DNA of 64,000 nt from Myxococcales bacterium (GTDB taxonomy: Bacteria > Myxococcota_A > Polyangia > Polyangiales > DASUME01). A program made the translations under genes and the position numbers. Below are positions 51,754 through 61,974 of this stretch, one piece after another. Position 1 is the stretch's first letter; each line of letters opens with the position of its first letter. Under the pieces are notes generated by a model that searched no databases, was not told the origin of the DNA, and saw only the letters and a list, made by a program, of their open reading frames with translations. The stretch covers positions 2,688,001 through 2,752,000 of the forward strand of contig JASGJH010000001.1 in assembly GCA_047601445.1 (NCBI GenBank), read 5' to 3'.

Positions 51754-52551
51754 GTGGATCTCAAGCGCATCACGAGCCTCTGGGGCGCACTGCTCATCGG
51801 GAGCGCCCTGTTTGGGGCCTGCGGCTACTCCGAAGAAGAAATGCAGGCCCAAAAAGATCAGCTGGCCGCTACCCAAGCCAAGCTGGCGGAATCCGAAAAG
51901 CGCGGGAACTCCCTCGACGAACAGCTGAAAGAGCTCAACGCCCAGAACGCCGAGCTCATGGATCGCTTGAACCTGGCGGGCGCCGAAAAGGGCACGCTGA
52001 GCGCGACCCTGGCCGACCGTGAGAAGGCTCTCTCCGAGCTCCGCGAGCGCGAGAAGCAGGCCCAGGCCCGCCTCAAGACGTTCCAGGACATGGTCGACAA
52101 GTTCAAGGCGATGATCGACTCCGGCAAGCTCCGCGTGCGCGTCGTCCGTGGACGCATGGTGGTCGAGCTCGCCGAGAACATCCTGTTCGACTCGGGCAAG
52201 GACGAGCTGAAGAAGGAAGGCCAGGAAGCGCTGACCCAGGTCGCCAGCGTGCTTAGCTCGATCGCCAACCGCGACTTCCAGATCGCAGGCCACACCGACA
52301 ACATCCCGATCAAGAGCGCCAAGTTCCCGTCGAACTGGGAGCTCTCCACGGCGCGCGCGGTGGAAGTCACGCGTTTCCTCGCAGACAAGGGCGTGGATCC
52401 TTCGCGTCTGTCGGCCGCGGGATATGCCGATACCCAGCCGGTAGCGTCGAACTCGGACTCGGACGGACGCCGCCAAAATCGCCGTATCGAGATCGTGCTG
52501 ATGCCCAACCTGGATGAGCTCCCCGACCTGTCTTCGTTGGCAGGAAAGTGA
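51754..52551 (+). CDS. OmpA/MotB-family peptidoglycan-binding lipoprotein with coiled coil
   Basis: Lipobox FGAC; GHTDN, NWELSTARA and NRRIEI motifs. Confidence 0.9.
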   Translation: MDLKRITSLWGALLIGSALFGACGYSEEEMQAQKDQLAATQAKLAESEKRGNSLDEQLKELNAQNAELMDRLNLAGAEKGTLSATLADREKALSELREREKQAQARLKTFQDMVDKFKAMIDSGKLRVRVVRGRMVVELAENILFDSGKDELKKEGQEALTQVASVLSSIANRDFQIAGHTDNIPIKSAKFPSNWELSTARAVEVTRFLADKGVDPSRLSAAGYADTQPVASNSDSDGRRQNRRIEIVLMPNLDELPDLSSLAGK

Positions 52552-52621
52552 AGCAAAACAGAGAACTTGGCGGATGGCGATTCACCCCCCAAAAGCTGAC
52601 GCTCCTGTCAACTAAATGGGG

Positions 52622-52650
52622 TTGACCGAGCCCACTCCGCCTGGTACGTT
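52622..52650 (+). promoter_or_regulatory. Sigma70-like promoter upstream of cdnL
   Basis: TTGACC-17 nt-TACGTT with an extended -10 TG. Confidence 0.65.
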
Positions 52651-52971
52651 TCCGGACAGGAGTGTGGTCTGTCTAGGTCACACTCACCCCTGAACGCACT
52701 TCAGGGGTACCGTGGGCAAGGGGGTGGGCTGGTCCGCCCCCCTCGTTCGTCGGACGACCAAAAGGCTTCGGCCAGGTCAGTCGATATACGGTCGGTGTCG
52801 GTGTTCGGTTGTCCTCGTGACACCGAAGCATTGTCGGCACGCGTTTGGCGCCCCGTTGGGAGAATCAAAACCCGTCGGGGTTGTTCTGTTTCTGGGCGCT
52901 GCCCAAGCGCCCTGGGACGTAGGGTCCTCACCCACATCGGGGAGGCCACTCAAATACCAAAGGGAGCTCCG

Positions 52972-53475
52972 ATGCAAGCTCGTATCCACGACTTCAAGGT
53001 TGGCGATAAGGCTGTTTATCCGGCCCAGGGCGTAGCCGAAGTGGTCTCCATCGAAGAGAAGGACATCGCTGGCAATCGTCAGAAGTTCTACGTGCTGCGC
53101 ATTCTCGATACCGACCGCAAAATCATGGTGCCCGTAAACAACGCGGGCAACGTCGGCTTGCGTCCGCCCATCTCCGAGCAGGAGATCCGCGAGATTTTCG
53201 AGATTCTTCGTGAGCGCACCATCGCGTTCGACAACCAGACGTGGAATCGCCGCTACCGTGGCTTCATGGACAAGATCAAGACTGGCTCGGTCTTCGACGT
53301 CGCCGAAGTGATGCGCGACCTGTATCGCCTCAAGGCCGAGAAGTCCCTGTCGTTCGGCGAGCGCCGCATGCTCGAGACGGCGCGCAGCCTGATCGTGAAG
53401 GAGATCGCGGTCGCCCGTCGTAAGAGCGAGGCGAAGATCCAGGCCGAGATCGAGAAAATCTTCGAGAGCAACTGA
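52972..53475 (+). CDS. cdnL: CarD-family RNA polymerase-binding factor (CdnL type, no AT-hook domain)
   Basis: FKVGDKAVYPAQGV, TWNRRYR and LSFGERRML motifs. Confidence 0.93.
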   Translation: MQARIHDFKVGDKAVYPAQGVAEVVSIEEKDIAGNRQKFYVLRILDTDRKIMVPVNNAGNVGLRPPISEQEIREIFEILRERTIAFDNQTWNRRYRGFMDKIKTGSVFDVAEVMRDLYRLKAEKSLSFGERRMLETARSLIVKEIAVARRKSEAKIQAEIEKIFESN

Positions 53476-53720
53476 CGCAGTGGCGAGGCGGGGCGGAAAC
53501 TGCGCAGCTCCCTGGCCCTTGGCGTTCGCGGTTGGCTCAGCCCGGCCCGAAACAGCGCCCGCGGGGAGCCCTTTTCGCTACGATCACGTCTCCCCCCTCC
53601 CGCCACCCTCGCCCCTCGGGGCGCCCCTTCGGCCGTACTCCTGGGCCGAAGGCGGGCAAACGTCAGGCAGCCACGCAAATCCGCTTACCCAACTGTGTCC
53701 CAGCACAGTATCCTCGCGGC

Positions 53721-54269
53721 ATGCTGGCCAGTTTGACATGGAGGCTAGCTGCTCGACCGGAGCAAGGGTGGTCGCTTCTCGCGGACACCGGCGCAACGGG
53801 CGAGTCGCTTCCGACACCTCTCAGGCACGCGGCGTGGGCGGGTCTTCTTTCGGTCGTGGCCACGGGCCTGGGCTGGGCGCTGAAGCCCGGCGCGACCGCA
53901 GGGGGGACCGTGCTCCACATGCTGGCCGCGTTCGTGGGGTATGTCGGGGGCGCGACGTTGGCAGCGGAGGCGAGCCCAAGACTCGTCTCCTCCCCACACG
54001 GTACGGCGCAGGACGTTTCGCGCTTCGCCGTTGGGGCCGCCCTGCCGGTCGCCTTGAGCGGCGTGCTGAACGTCATTCCGCTCATGCCTTTGAGCTTTGC
54101 CCTCGCTTTGGCGGGGGCGGCATGGAGCGTCCAATCCGGCAGGGTTGGCGCGCGTGCTTTGTTGGCCCTCTCGGGCCAGGCCCGAATGCGGGCTGCGTGG
54201 GTACCGGCTGGACTGGCAGTAAGCCTGGTGCTCATCGCAACGTTCCTGCGGATGGAGCTTCCCTCATGA
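53721..54269 (+). CDS. Hypothetical multi-TM membrane protein (Yip1-like)
   Basis: About five hydrophobic segments. Confidence 0.55.
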   Translation: MLASLTWRLAARPEQGWSLLADTGATGESLPTPLRHAAWAGLLSVVATGLGWALKPGATAGGTVLHMLAAFVGYVGGATLAAEASPRLVSSPHGTAQDVSRFAVGAALPVALSGVLNVIPLMPLSFALALAGAAWSVQSGRVGARALLALSGQARMRAAWVPAGLAVSLVLIATFLRMELPS

Positions 54270-54437
54270 TCTCAGCGCGCGCGCGGGGTCAGGGCAGCCC
54301 TTCCTCCAACCAGGTTTCTGCGGGTCGCAGGCTGACGCCACGATCCGCTAGCCGCGTCACACCCTTGCTCTCCGATCCACATCCGACCGTTGGGATGCTG
54401 CTGCCTGGGAGCCAAGGGGGACGTCTGTCGTTCGCCC

Positions 54438-55967
54438 ATGCACAACACGTTGGTCATCAATATCGACATCGGCGAGACCCGCGTCGCGCTGATCGAAGAG
54501 GGCGTGCTCGCGGAGCTCTTTCTTGAGCGTGAACAGGACCGCAGCCCCGTCGGTAACATCTATTTGGGCAAGGTCACCCGCGTGCTGCCCGGCATGCAGG
54601 CGGCCTTCGTCGACATCGGTCTCGATCGCGCCGCGTTCCTGCACGTAGAGGACATCGTTCCAGAGGAAGATCTGGAGCAGATGTTGGCGGGCGCGGGAGA
54701 GAACGGCGACGACGACCACGACGAGGAAGCCGCCAGCAAGAGCAAGAAGATCTCTCGCAAGACGCCGATCCGCGATGTCTTGAAGGAGGGCCAGGAGATC
54801 GTGGTTCAGGTCTCCAAGGGGCCGATCAGCACCAAGGGCGCTCGGGTCACGAGCCACGTGGCCATGCCGGGTCGCTACGTGGTGTACATGCCCACGGTCG
54901 ATCATGTCGGCATCTCCAAGCGCATCGGCAACGAGAAGGAGCGCAAGCGCCTCCGCGAAGCCATCGACGCATTCAAGCCGCCGCAGGGCGGGCTGATCGT
55001 GCGCACCGTGGCCCAGGGCCTCACCAAGCGCGAGCTCAAGGCCGACGTCGGTTACCTGGTCAAGCAGTGGGAACGCGCGATGAAGAAGCGCCAGAGCGTG
55101 CGCCGGGCGCCGGCCTGCCTCTACGCGGATCTGGACATCGTGCTTCGAGCGGCGCGCGACCTCTTCACCGAGGACGTGCACAAGATCGTGATCGACGACG
55201 CCCGCGAGTACGAGCGTCTGGTGGAGTTCGTTTCGGTGTTCATGCCCGAGCGGGCCAAGGACATCGAGCTTTACCAGGGCGACTCGCCCGTGTTCGACGA
55301 GTACGGCATCGAGGACGAGATCTCGCGGGCTCTGTCACGCAAGGTCCCGTTGCCTTCGGGCGGCTATCTCATTATCGACCAGGCCGAGGCGCTGACCGCC
55401 ATCGACGTCAATACGGGGCGCTTCACGGGGCGGGGCAAGGATCTCGAGGAGACCATCCTCCAGACCAATCTCGAAGCAGTGAAGGAGATCGGGTACCAGC
55501 TGCGCTTCCGCAACATCGGCGGCCTGATCGTGCTGGATTTCATCGACATGGAGCGCGCCTCGCACCGCGAGAAGGTCTATCGAGCGCTGGTCGAGGTGCT
55601 CAAGCGCGACAAGGCGAAGACCACGGCCGTGCGCCTCTCGGAGCTCGGGCTGGTGGAGATGACGCGCAAGCGCACCCGCGAGTCCTTGGGTCGCACGATT
55701 CATGAGCCTTGCTTCTACTGCGACGGCACCGGGGCGCTGGCGAGCAAGACCACCATTTGCCACGAGATCCTGCGGCAATTGCGCCGCGAGAAGGATCAGC
55801 TGCCAGGCTACAAGATCATGATCAACGCCCACCCGGCCATCTGCGACATGCTTTCCCGCGAGAAGAAAGCCCACATCGAAGAGGCTCAAGTTCGCTTCAC
55901 ACGCCAGATTGTGCTGTCCCCACGTAGGGAGTACCACCTGGAGCAGTTCGACCTCACGAGTGCCTAA
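54438..55967 (+). CDS. rng: Rne/Rng family ribonuclease (RNase G size)
   Basis: VLPGMQAAFVDIG, IDVNTG, DFIDM and CFYCDGTG motifs. Confidence 0.95.
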   Translation: MHNTLVINIDIGETRVALIEEGVLAELFLEREQDRSPVGNIYLGKVTRVLPGMQAAFVDIGLDRAAFLHVEDIVPEEDLEQMLAGAGENGDDDHDEEAASKSKKISRKTPIRDVLKEGQEIVVQVSKGPISTKGARVTSHVAMPGRYVVYMPTVDHVGISKRIGNEKERKRLREAIDAFKPPQGGLIVRTVAQGLTKRELKADVGYLVKQWERAMKKRQSVRRAPACLYADLDIVLRAARDLFTEDVHKIVIDDAREYERLVEFVSVFMPERAKDIELYQGDSPVFDEYGIEDEISRALSRKVPLPSGGYLIIDQAEALTAIDVNTGRFTGRGKDLEETILQTNLEAVKEIGYQLRFRNIGGLIVLDFIDMERASHREKVYRALVEVLKRDKAKTTAVRLSELGLVEMTRKRTRESLGRTIHEPCFYCDGTGALASKTTICHEILRQLRREKDQLPGYKIMINAHPAICDMLSREKKAHIEEAQVRFTRQIVLSPRREYHLEQFDLTSA

Positions 55968-56042
55968 TTTCTGCTCCGGCTCGGGCACGTTTCGCATGCT
56001 CGCCGGCCCGCTTTCGCCGACCCATGGTAAGCTGCGCCGACC

Positions 56043-56378
56043 ATGGCAGAAGGGGACCTGCGGCGGCGCGACGAGCGCGTGACCATCAACAAGGAGTTCG
56101 AGTCGTTCGATGCGTTCGTTCACGAGTACGTGACGAACATCTCGCGCTCGGGCGCCTTCGTGCGCTCGCAGACTCCACTGCCCGTGGGCACCGAGGTAAA
56201 CCTCAAGTTCACGGTCATCATGGATGACGTCGAGCACATCGAGGGCCTCGGCAAGGTGGTGCGCGTCGAGACGGATCCACCCGGCATGGGCGTGGTCTTC
56301 ACCGAGCTAAACGAGTACTCCCAGACGCTGATCTCGCGTCTCCTCACCGCCCCCATCACGAGCACCTCCGAAAGCTGA
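56043..56378 (+). CDS. Stand-alone PilZ domain protein
   Basis: RRDER (RxxxR) and NISRSG motifs; GMGVVF. Confidence 0.88.
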   Translation: MAEGDLRRRDERVTINKEFESFDAFVHEYVTNISRSGAFVRSQTPLPVGTEVNLKFTVIMDDVEHIEGLGKVVRVETDPPGMGVVFTELNEYSQTLISRLLTAPITSTSES

Positions 56379-56455
56379 GCGCAGCGAGGCCGAGGAGCGA
56401 CTCTGATCGCCTCTGTAGTCGCGTGCGCCGAGATCATTCGGCAACAAGCTAGGCA

Positions 56456-56584
56456 GAGCGCCGGGCGATTTCGCTTCGAGCCGCGAGCGCGCTCGCGGCT
56501 GGCGACTGAGGCGTGCTTCCCTGTACGCCGCAGGGAGCGCGCGAGGACCTAAGCCGCAGAGCAGGGCAAAAGTGCCCGACGCTC
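56456..56584. repeat. Small palindromic MITE/REP-like element
   Basis: Imperfect 19-nt terminal inverted repeats (15/19), a perfect 22-nt internal palindrome and a TGAGGCGTGC-N6-GTACGCCGCA core. Confidence 0.6.
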
Positions 56585-57539
56585 AGTCGCTGCGGAGGTA
56601 GGCGTTCTTTAGGAGCTTGATCAACACTTCGCTGGTGTCGAGATCGCTGGCGAGGCTCTTGTTGAGCACGGTCTCGATGGTGCCGTAGTTGATCACGAGC
56701 TGCAGCACGTCGAGCTCCTCGGGAGAGAGGTCGCGCAACGGGGGCATCACGGGCCGCGCCAGCGCCAACAGCGCATGGTGCGGGGGCATGTCCGGAGCAA
56801 TGCGGCGCAGCTCGTCGATCTGGCGGAAGCCCTCCATCAAGATGCCCTCGGTGGACATCTCGAGACGCGACGGGAAGTCGCGCTCCTCGGCGGGCTCCAT
56901 GTCGAACGTTCCGTGCTCCCAGGTGAGAATACGGATGAGCGCCTTGAGCGGCGGCACGTCTTCCTGGTCGTTGACCGAGGAGAAAACGACGGCGCCCTTC
57001 TCGAGGTAGATCTTGCCTTCGGACTCATCGGTGCGAACCACCAGCACACCGCTCTTCTTGCTCGTGGAGAAGAGCTGCATGAGATCCGGCAACGGAACTT
57101 CGTCGATGGATCCACTCATGGTGCGCGCCTGAGTCGGACGACTCTTGGCCTGCGCTTCCATCTTTTGCGGGCTCGCCGCAGTGGAGCTCGGATCAGCCGC
57201 AACGAGCTTGATGATGCTGGTGCCGATCAGAATTCGATCGCCTTCACTCAGCTTCGCGCGCTTGATTTTCTCGCCGTTGACGAAGGTACCGTTCGTGGAG
57301 CCGAGGTCTTGGATGAAGATCTGATCTTCAGCCACGATGATCTTGGCATGTCGGCGAGAGACCATGTCCTCGACCAGCACCATGTCCAATTCACTCGAGC
57401 GCCCCACCACGATCTCGCGGTTTGACGGCAAAGGGAACTCGCCACCCTGGTACTTCCCAGAGATGAAACGAAGGGCATAGCCGTCCTGCGGAGTGGGTAC
57501 CGGAGTGGGCGCTTTTCTCGGGCTTTGGGGCTCCATCAA
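56583..57539 (-). CDS. FHA plus DUF4388 domain protein
   Basis: VGR...VSRRHA...STNGT; MSGSIDEVPLPDLMQL...KSGVL. Confidence 0.9.
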   Translation of the reverse strand: MMEPQSPRKAPTPVPTPQDGYALRFISGKYQGGEFPLPSNREIVVGRSSELDMVLVEDMVSRRHAKIIVAEDQIFIQDLGSTNGTFVNGEKIKRAKLSEGDRILIGTSIIKLVAADPSSTAASPQKMEAQAKSRPTQARTMSGSIDEVPLPDLMQLFSTSKKSGVLVVRTDESEGKIYLEKGAVVFSSVNDQEDVPPLKALIRILTWEHGTFDMEPAEERDFPSRLEMSTEGILMEGFRQIDELRRIAPDMPPHHALLALARPVMPPLRDLSPEELDVLQLVINYGTIETVLNKSLASDLDTSEVLIKLLKNAYLRSD

Positions 57540-57665
57540 ACCTAGTGCGCGACAGCGCGCGCAGTGCTGCTAAGCGTATGAGTTTCTAGCTGCTTTCGTC
57601 AAGGTAGAGGGTTTCCCTCAAACGGGCACGAAAACGACATGCCGATGGTATAAGCGGGCCGGAAG

Positions 57666-60551
57666 ATGTTCGGTACCCGCCGAGGGACGTGGGCAGCCAT
57701 CGCGATTTGCGCGTTGGTGCACGTGCTCACCCCACATAGGAGCCTCGCTCAGGCCGATCATCGGCTCGTCTGGCGGTCCCTCCAGACGCCCCATTTCCAC
57801 ATCCATTACCACGAGCCGCTGGGCATCCTGGCCCGCCAGCTCGCCTCCCGGGCCGAGACAATCAATGCCCGGATCGGCGCGGCCCTGGGCCTCGAACTGC
57901 ATCAGACGGTCCACGTCGTGCTGGCCGACGACGACGATGCGGCCAACGGTTTTGCCTCGGTTTTGCCCTATAACGCGATTCATTTGCGGGTCGTGGCCCC
58001 CGAGGACATGTCGCCGCTGTCCGATTACGACGACTGGTTGAGCATGCTGCTCACGCACGAGCACACCCACATCGTGCACCTCGAGCAAGCGTCCGGGCTG
58101 CCCCGACTGCTCACGGCCCTCCTCGGCCGCTTCTACACCCCGCAGGGCAGCCTGCCGGGCTGGTTCGTCGAGGGTCTGGCAGTGGTCGAGGAATCGGCCC
58201 ACACGACCGCCGGCCGTGTGCGCTCGCCCATGTTCGAGATGTACCTGCGGATGGCGTCCCTGGAGCAGCGTCTGCTGGGCATCGACTGGATCGGATTCGA
58301 CGGCGAGCCATGGCCGCACGGCAACGTGCGTTACCTTTACGGGCAGGCGTTTCTCCAGTTCGTGGTGAATCGCTATGGCCAGCGAGCCATGGGCCGCTTC
58401 ATCGAGCAGTACGGCAAACGCCTGGTTCCCTACGGCCTCAATCGCGCCCTGAAGCGCGCCACTGGCCGTACGTTCACCGAGCTGTATGGGGAGTTCCTGG
58501 CGGAGCTCAACGAGCGCTCCGACGCGGAGAGACGGCGGGTCGAACAAGAAGGTCGGCGTGAGGGGGTCCGCCTGACCCAGCACGGGGAACTGACGCGCTC
58601 CCCCCGCTTCCTGTCCAACGGCGAGCTCGTGTATTCGGTGTCCGACGCCCGTCACGTCCCGCAGATCGCCCGCATTTCGCTGGATTCTCCCCTGGATCGC
58701 GATGTCCTGGCGGAAGTGGCGACCGTGGCCCAGGTGGCCCGGGTGCCTGGGGACGACGCGATCGTCTACAGCAGCGTGGAGTACCACCGCGGCGTCTACG
58801 CGTACGACGAGCTTTCGCGGATTAATGGCCGCGGGCGCCACCGACGCCGCCTGAGCCGGGCGCTGCGAGCGCGGGAACCGGACGTCTCTCCCGATGGCAA
58901 GCAGGTGGTCTACGTGACCCACGGAGCCGGCACGAGCCATCTGGAGATCGCCGAACTCTCGGACCTCGAGCACTCTCGCCGCATGTTGGTGCGGAGTCGC
59001 CGTCTGGAGCAGGTGTTCACGCCCCGCTGGTCCCAGGATGGCAAGCGCATCGCCTACTCGGCGTGGAGCCGCGGCGGTTTCCGGGACATTTGGGTGCTCG
59101 ACGTGGCCAGCGGGACGCGCACCCGGGTCACCTACGACCGGGCGCTCGATCGAGGTCCCGTGTTCTCGCCCAACGGGGAGCTGCTCTACTTCTCGTCGGA
59201 TCGCAGCGGCATCGCCAACCTCTACGCCTACCAATTCGCCACCGGAAAGCTCACCCAGATCACCAACGTGGTGGGGGGCGCCTTTCAGCCCGACGTCTCG
59301 CCCGACGGTCGAACCATCGTCTACGTGGGCTACGGGAGCCGAGGCTTCGACCTGTACGCGCTGTCCCTGGAGGACGCGGCGCAGAGACCCGCCGAGCTGC
59401 CACGCACGCTGGAGCCCATCGCTTACGCACCGTCGATCTCGGCACAGGTCACGCAGAGCGAGCCCTACCGCCCGTACCGCACGCTTTATCCGCGCTATTA
59501 CGAGTTCGCCTCCGACGAAGGCAACCACGGCCGACGGCTCTCGATCAGCAGCAGCGGCGGCGACGTCGTGGGCTGGCACTCCTGGACGCTGCAGGCCTAC
59601 CAGGGGATCGAGCAGACCAACGAACACAGTCTGCAGGTGGGCTATGCGTATCGACGCCCGCGCTTCCCGCTCTTGCTGCGCGCCTCCCTGGGCGAGCAGC
59701 CGCGCGACGACCTGGTGATCAACAACCGCAAGCAGACCTGGGACGCCGTCTCGTGGGGCTTCGCGGTCGGCACCAACTTCGTGTTTCCGCGCCCGCTCAA
59801 GACGCTCAGCTTGCGCGCGGAATACAGCCTCGGAATGCTGCAGGGGGACACCTCCGTTGGGCCACGCCTCGACCCCAACTACCCGCCACCGCACTTTCCG
59901 CCCACCGGGCTCGACACGCGCGCCAACTTCTCTCTCACGCATTCATCGGCCCAGCGGCAACCCTTCGACATCAGCGATTCTTGGGGACACGTGGCAACCG
60001 TGGCCACCAGTGTGCGGGACCCAGCGTTCGGGAGCCGCACACGTGACCAGGGGCTGAGCTGGCGCTGGGAACAGTACGTGCGCTTCGGCTTCCGAGAGAG
60101 CGTGTTGGCGTGGGCCTATACGGGAGCCTGGGATACGCAGGTGTCGCTGGGCGGATATCCGGCGCAGTTGGTTCCGCTGTTCGACTACGTGACGGGCTCG
60201 CGCGGCGCGCCGGCGGACTACGCGAGGCTGCGCGGATACCCCTTGCGCGCCGGAGATCAGCTGCAGGTGGTGCAGCTCGAGTATCGGTTCCTGATCACCC
60301 GCATCAACCGCGGCGTCGAGACGCTACCGATCTTCGCGCGCCGCCTGCATGCGGCGCTGTTCGTGGATGCCGGAGACGCCTACAAGGGACGTTTCGTGCC
60401 CGGAAACCTGGGCGTTGGGACGGGGGCCGAGCTACGGCTCGACTGGGCGGCGGCCTATGGCGTGAACTACACGCTGCGCGGCGGCATTGCAGTGGGCATG
60501 ACGCGAGGAGGAGAGCCTCAGTGGTACACGACCATCGCGCGCCCGTTTTGA
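57666..60551 (+). CDS. Outer-membrane protein: zincin-like domain, PD40 beta-propeller, Omp85-like barrel
   Basis: THEHTH...WFVEGLA; repeated PDVSPDG/PVFSPNG; LRGY, FVDAG and a terminal Phe. Confidence 0.8.
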   Translation: MFGTRRGTWAAIAICALVHVLTPHRSLAQADHRLVWRSLQTPHFHIHYHEPLGILARQLASRAETINARIGAALGLELHQTVHVVLADDDDAANGFASVLPYNAIHLRVVAPEDMSPLSDYDDWLSMLLTHEHTHIVHLEQASGLPRLLTALLGRFYTPQGSLPGWFVEGLAVVEESAHTTAGRVRSPMFEMYLRMASLEQRLLGIDWIGFDGEPWPHGNVRYLYGQAFLQFVVNRYGQRAMGRFIEQYGKRLVPYGLNRALKRATGRTFTELYGEFLAELNERSDAERRRVEQEGRREGVRLTQHGELTRSPRFLSNGELVYSVSDARHVPQIARISLDSPLDRDVLAEVATVAQVARVPGDDAIVYSSVEYHRGVYAYDELSRINGRGRHRRRLSRALRAREPDVSPDGKQVVYVTHGAGTSHLEIAELSDLEHSRRMLVRSRRLEQVFTPRWSQDGKRIAYSAWSRGGFRDIWVLDVASGTRTRVTYDRALDRGPVFSPNGELLYFSSDRSGIANLYAYQFATGKLTQITNVVGGAFQPDVSPDGRTIVYVGYGSRGFDLYALSLEDAAQRPAELPRTLEPIAYAPSISAQVTQSEPYRPYRTLYPRYYEFASDEGNHGRRLSISSSGGDVVGWHSWTLQAYQGIEQTNEHSLQVGYAYRRPRFPLLLRASLGEQPRDDLVINNRKQTWDAVSWGFAVGTNFVFPRPLKTLSLRAEYSLGMLQGDTSVGPRLDPNYPPPHFPPTGLDTRANFSLTHSSAQRQPFDISDSWGHVATVATSVRDPAFGSRTRDQGLSWRWEQYVRFGFRESVLAWAYTGAWDTQVSLGGYPAQLVPLFDYVTGSRGAPADYARLRGYPLRAGDQLQVVQLEYRFLITRINRGVETLPIFARRLHAALFVDAGDAYKGRFVPGNLGVGTGAELRLDWAAAYGVNYTLRGGIAVGMTRGGEPQWYTTIARPF

Positions 60552-60561
60552 TCTCGGAAGT

Positions 60562-61230
60562 TCACCAGCCGAGATAGCCGAACACCAGGCGTGACCACAG
60601 CCCCTTGGGCGCCACACGGTCGTCCTGTACGCCCAACACCAGACACTCTTCATCCGGATCGACACGCAGGCCGTGCACGTCGTTCTCGTCGTTGCTGGCC
60701 ACGTCTCCGCGAACGAAGCGCTTCCCGTCGCGCAGGTCCACGGCGCCGCCCGCGAGCACCATCTCGAGCTCCGTACCGCGGTGCGAATGCATGGGGATCT
60801 GCATGCTGGGCGCGAGGCGACGTAGACGCACCGGGACCGCTCGGTGGCTAAGGGGCAGGTCCGCGTAGTAGAGACCGTCGAAGGCGCGCTTCCAGGGGAT
60901 CTGGTCGTAGGGCCCGAGGAGCTTCGCGAGCGGGCCGGGCAGGAGCGCGTCGCGTGCGGCAGGGGGCTCTGGGCTCGGCGGCGACACAGCCGGCTCCCGT
61001 TCGAGCTTTTGCAGCGTTCGGGACCACAGGTCCGAGCTGATCGGGCTGGGCTCCTGCGCGTCGAGCAAGGCGCCCCCAAGTGACTCGAGCTCCAGGATTC
61101 GCTGCTGACAGCGCGCGCAGAGCGCCGCGTGGGTGGCGGCGAAGAGACTTTCGCCCTCGGTCACGCCGCCCTGGGCGTAGCTCCAGAGCAGCCAATCCGG
61201 CAAATGGTGCTGCGGTGCGCGAGGGCTCAC
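60562..61230 (-). CDS. chrR: ChrR-family zinc anti-sigma factor (ZAS plus cupin)
   Basis: HAALCARC (HxxxCxxC) and HSHRGTE cupin motif. Confidence 0.92.
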   Translation of the reverse strand: MSPRAPQHHLPDWLLWSYAQGGVTEGESLFAATHAALCARCQQRILELESLGGALLDAQEPSPISSDLWSRTLQKLEREPAVSPPSPEPPAARDALLPGPLAKLLGPYDQIPWKRAFDGLYYADLPLSHRAVPVRLRRLAPSMQIPMHSHRGTELEMVLAGGAVDLRDGKRFVRGDVASNDENDVHGLRVDPDEECLVLGVQDDRVAPKGLWSRLVFGYLGW

Positions 61231-61958
61231 GGTGCACCTCGCTTGGCGCGCGCGAAGAGGCGCTCCTGCAGATGTTGCAGGCCGGCCCGCAGGCGCGACT
61301 TGACGGTGCCCGTGGGGATGCCCAGACGCGTGGCGATCTGGGAGGCGCTCTCATGGGCAAAGTAGGAGCCGCGAATGACCTCGGCCTGCTCGGCGCTGAG
61401 CTCCTCGAGGGCCGCATTCACGTGAGCTCCGAGCTGCAAGCTGGCGAGCGCGTCGTCGAGAGCCTCCCCGGCCGACTCCTGCGCATCGAGCACGCGCTCC
61501 TCGAGCTCAACGTAGCGCTGACGGCGCACGACATCGATGAAGCGGTTGCGGGCGATGCGAAAGATCCAGGTGGAGGGCGCGGCGAGCTCGGGTCGAAAGC
61601 TGGCTGCGTGGTGCCAGACACTCAAGAGCACGTCTTGCGCGAGATCCTCGGCCTGGGCCTCGCCCTGGCCACTGCGCAGGTAGTGGGCCTTGAGCCGAGG
61701 CGCATAGCGCCGGAAGAGCTCCTGGAACGCGGTACGGCTACGGCTTTGCCCGATGGCCTCGAGCAGCGCCGCATCGGACGTGGCCTCCGGCTCGGACGGT
61801 GAGCTAGCCCCCATTGTCCCTGCCGTAGCACTGCAGGCCAAGGCGAGGTAGGCCGCGGCCCCGCTCCGGCGCGGCGCCACCACAGCGTGGGGCGACGGGC
61901 GGTTCTGCGCGCTGCGGATAAGCGGGCTGCATGGGCTTGGCTGGGTCAGGGCAATCAC
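61227..61958 (-). CDS. rpoE: ECF sigma factor, RpoE-ChrR type
   Basis: STWIFRIARNRFID and GTVKSRLR motifs; overlaps chrR. Confidence 0.9.
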   Translation of the reverse strand: MIALTQPSPCSPLIRSAQNRPSPHAVVAPRRSGAAAYLALACSATAGTMGASSPSEPEATSDAALLEAIGQSRSRTAFQELFRRYAPRLKAHYLRSGQGEAQAEDLAQDVLLSVWHHAASFRPELAAPSTWIFRIARNRFIDVVRRQRYVELEERVLDAQESAGEALDDALASLQLGAHVNAALEELSAEQAEVIRGSYFAHESASQIATRLGIPTGTVKSRLRAGLQHLQERLFARAKRGAP

Positions 61959-61974
61959 GGCCTTCCTGGGTGCA

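Noticed and set aside
54270..54437. Possible structured leader of the RNase G gene
   Set aside because: Stems exist but are no stronger than expected at this GC content, and no promoter was identified.
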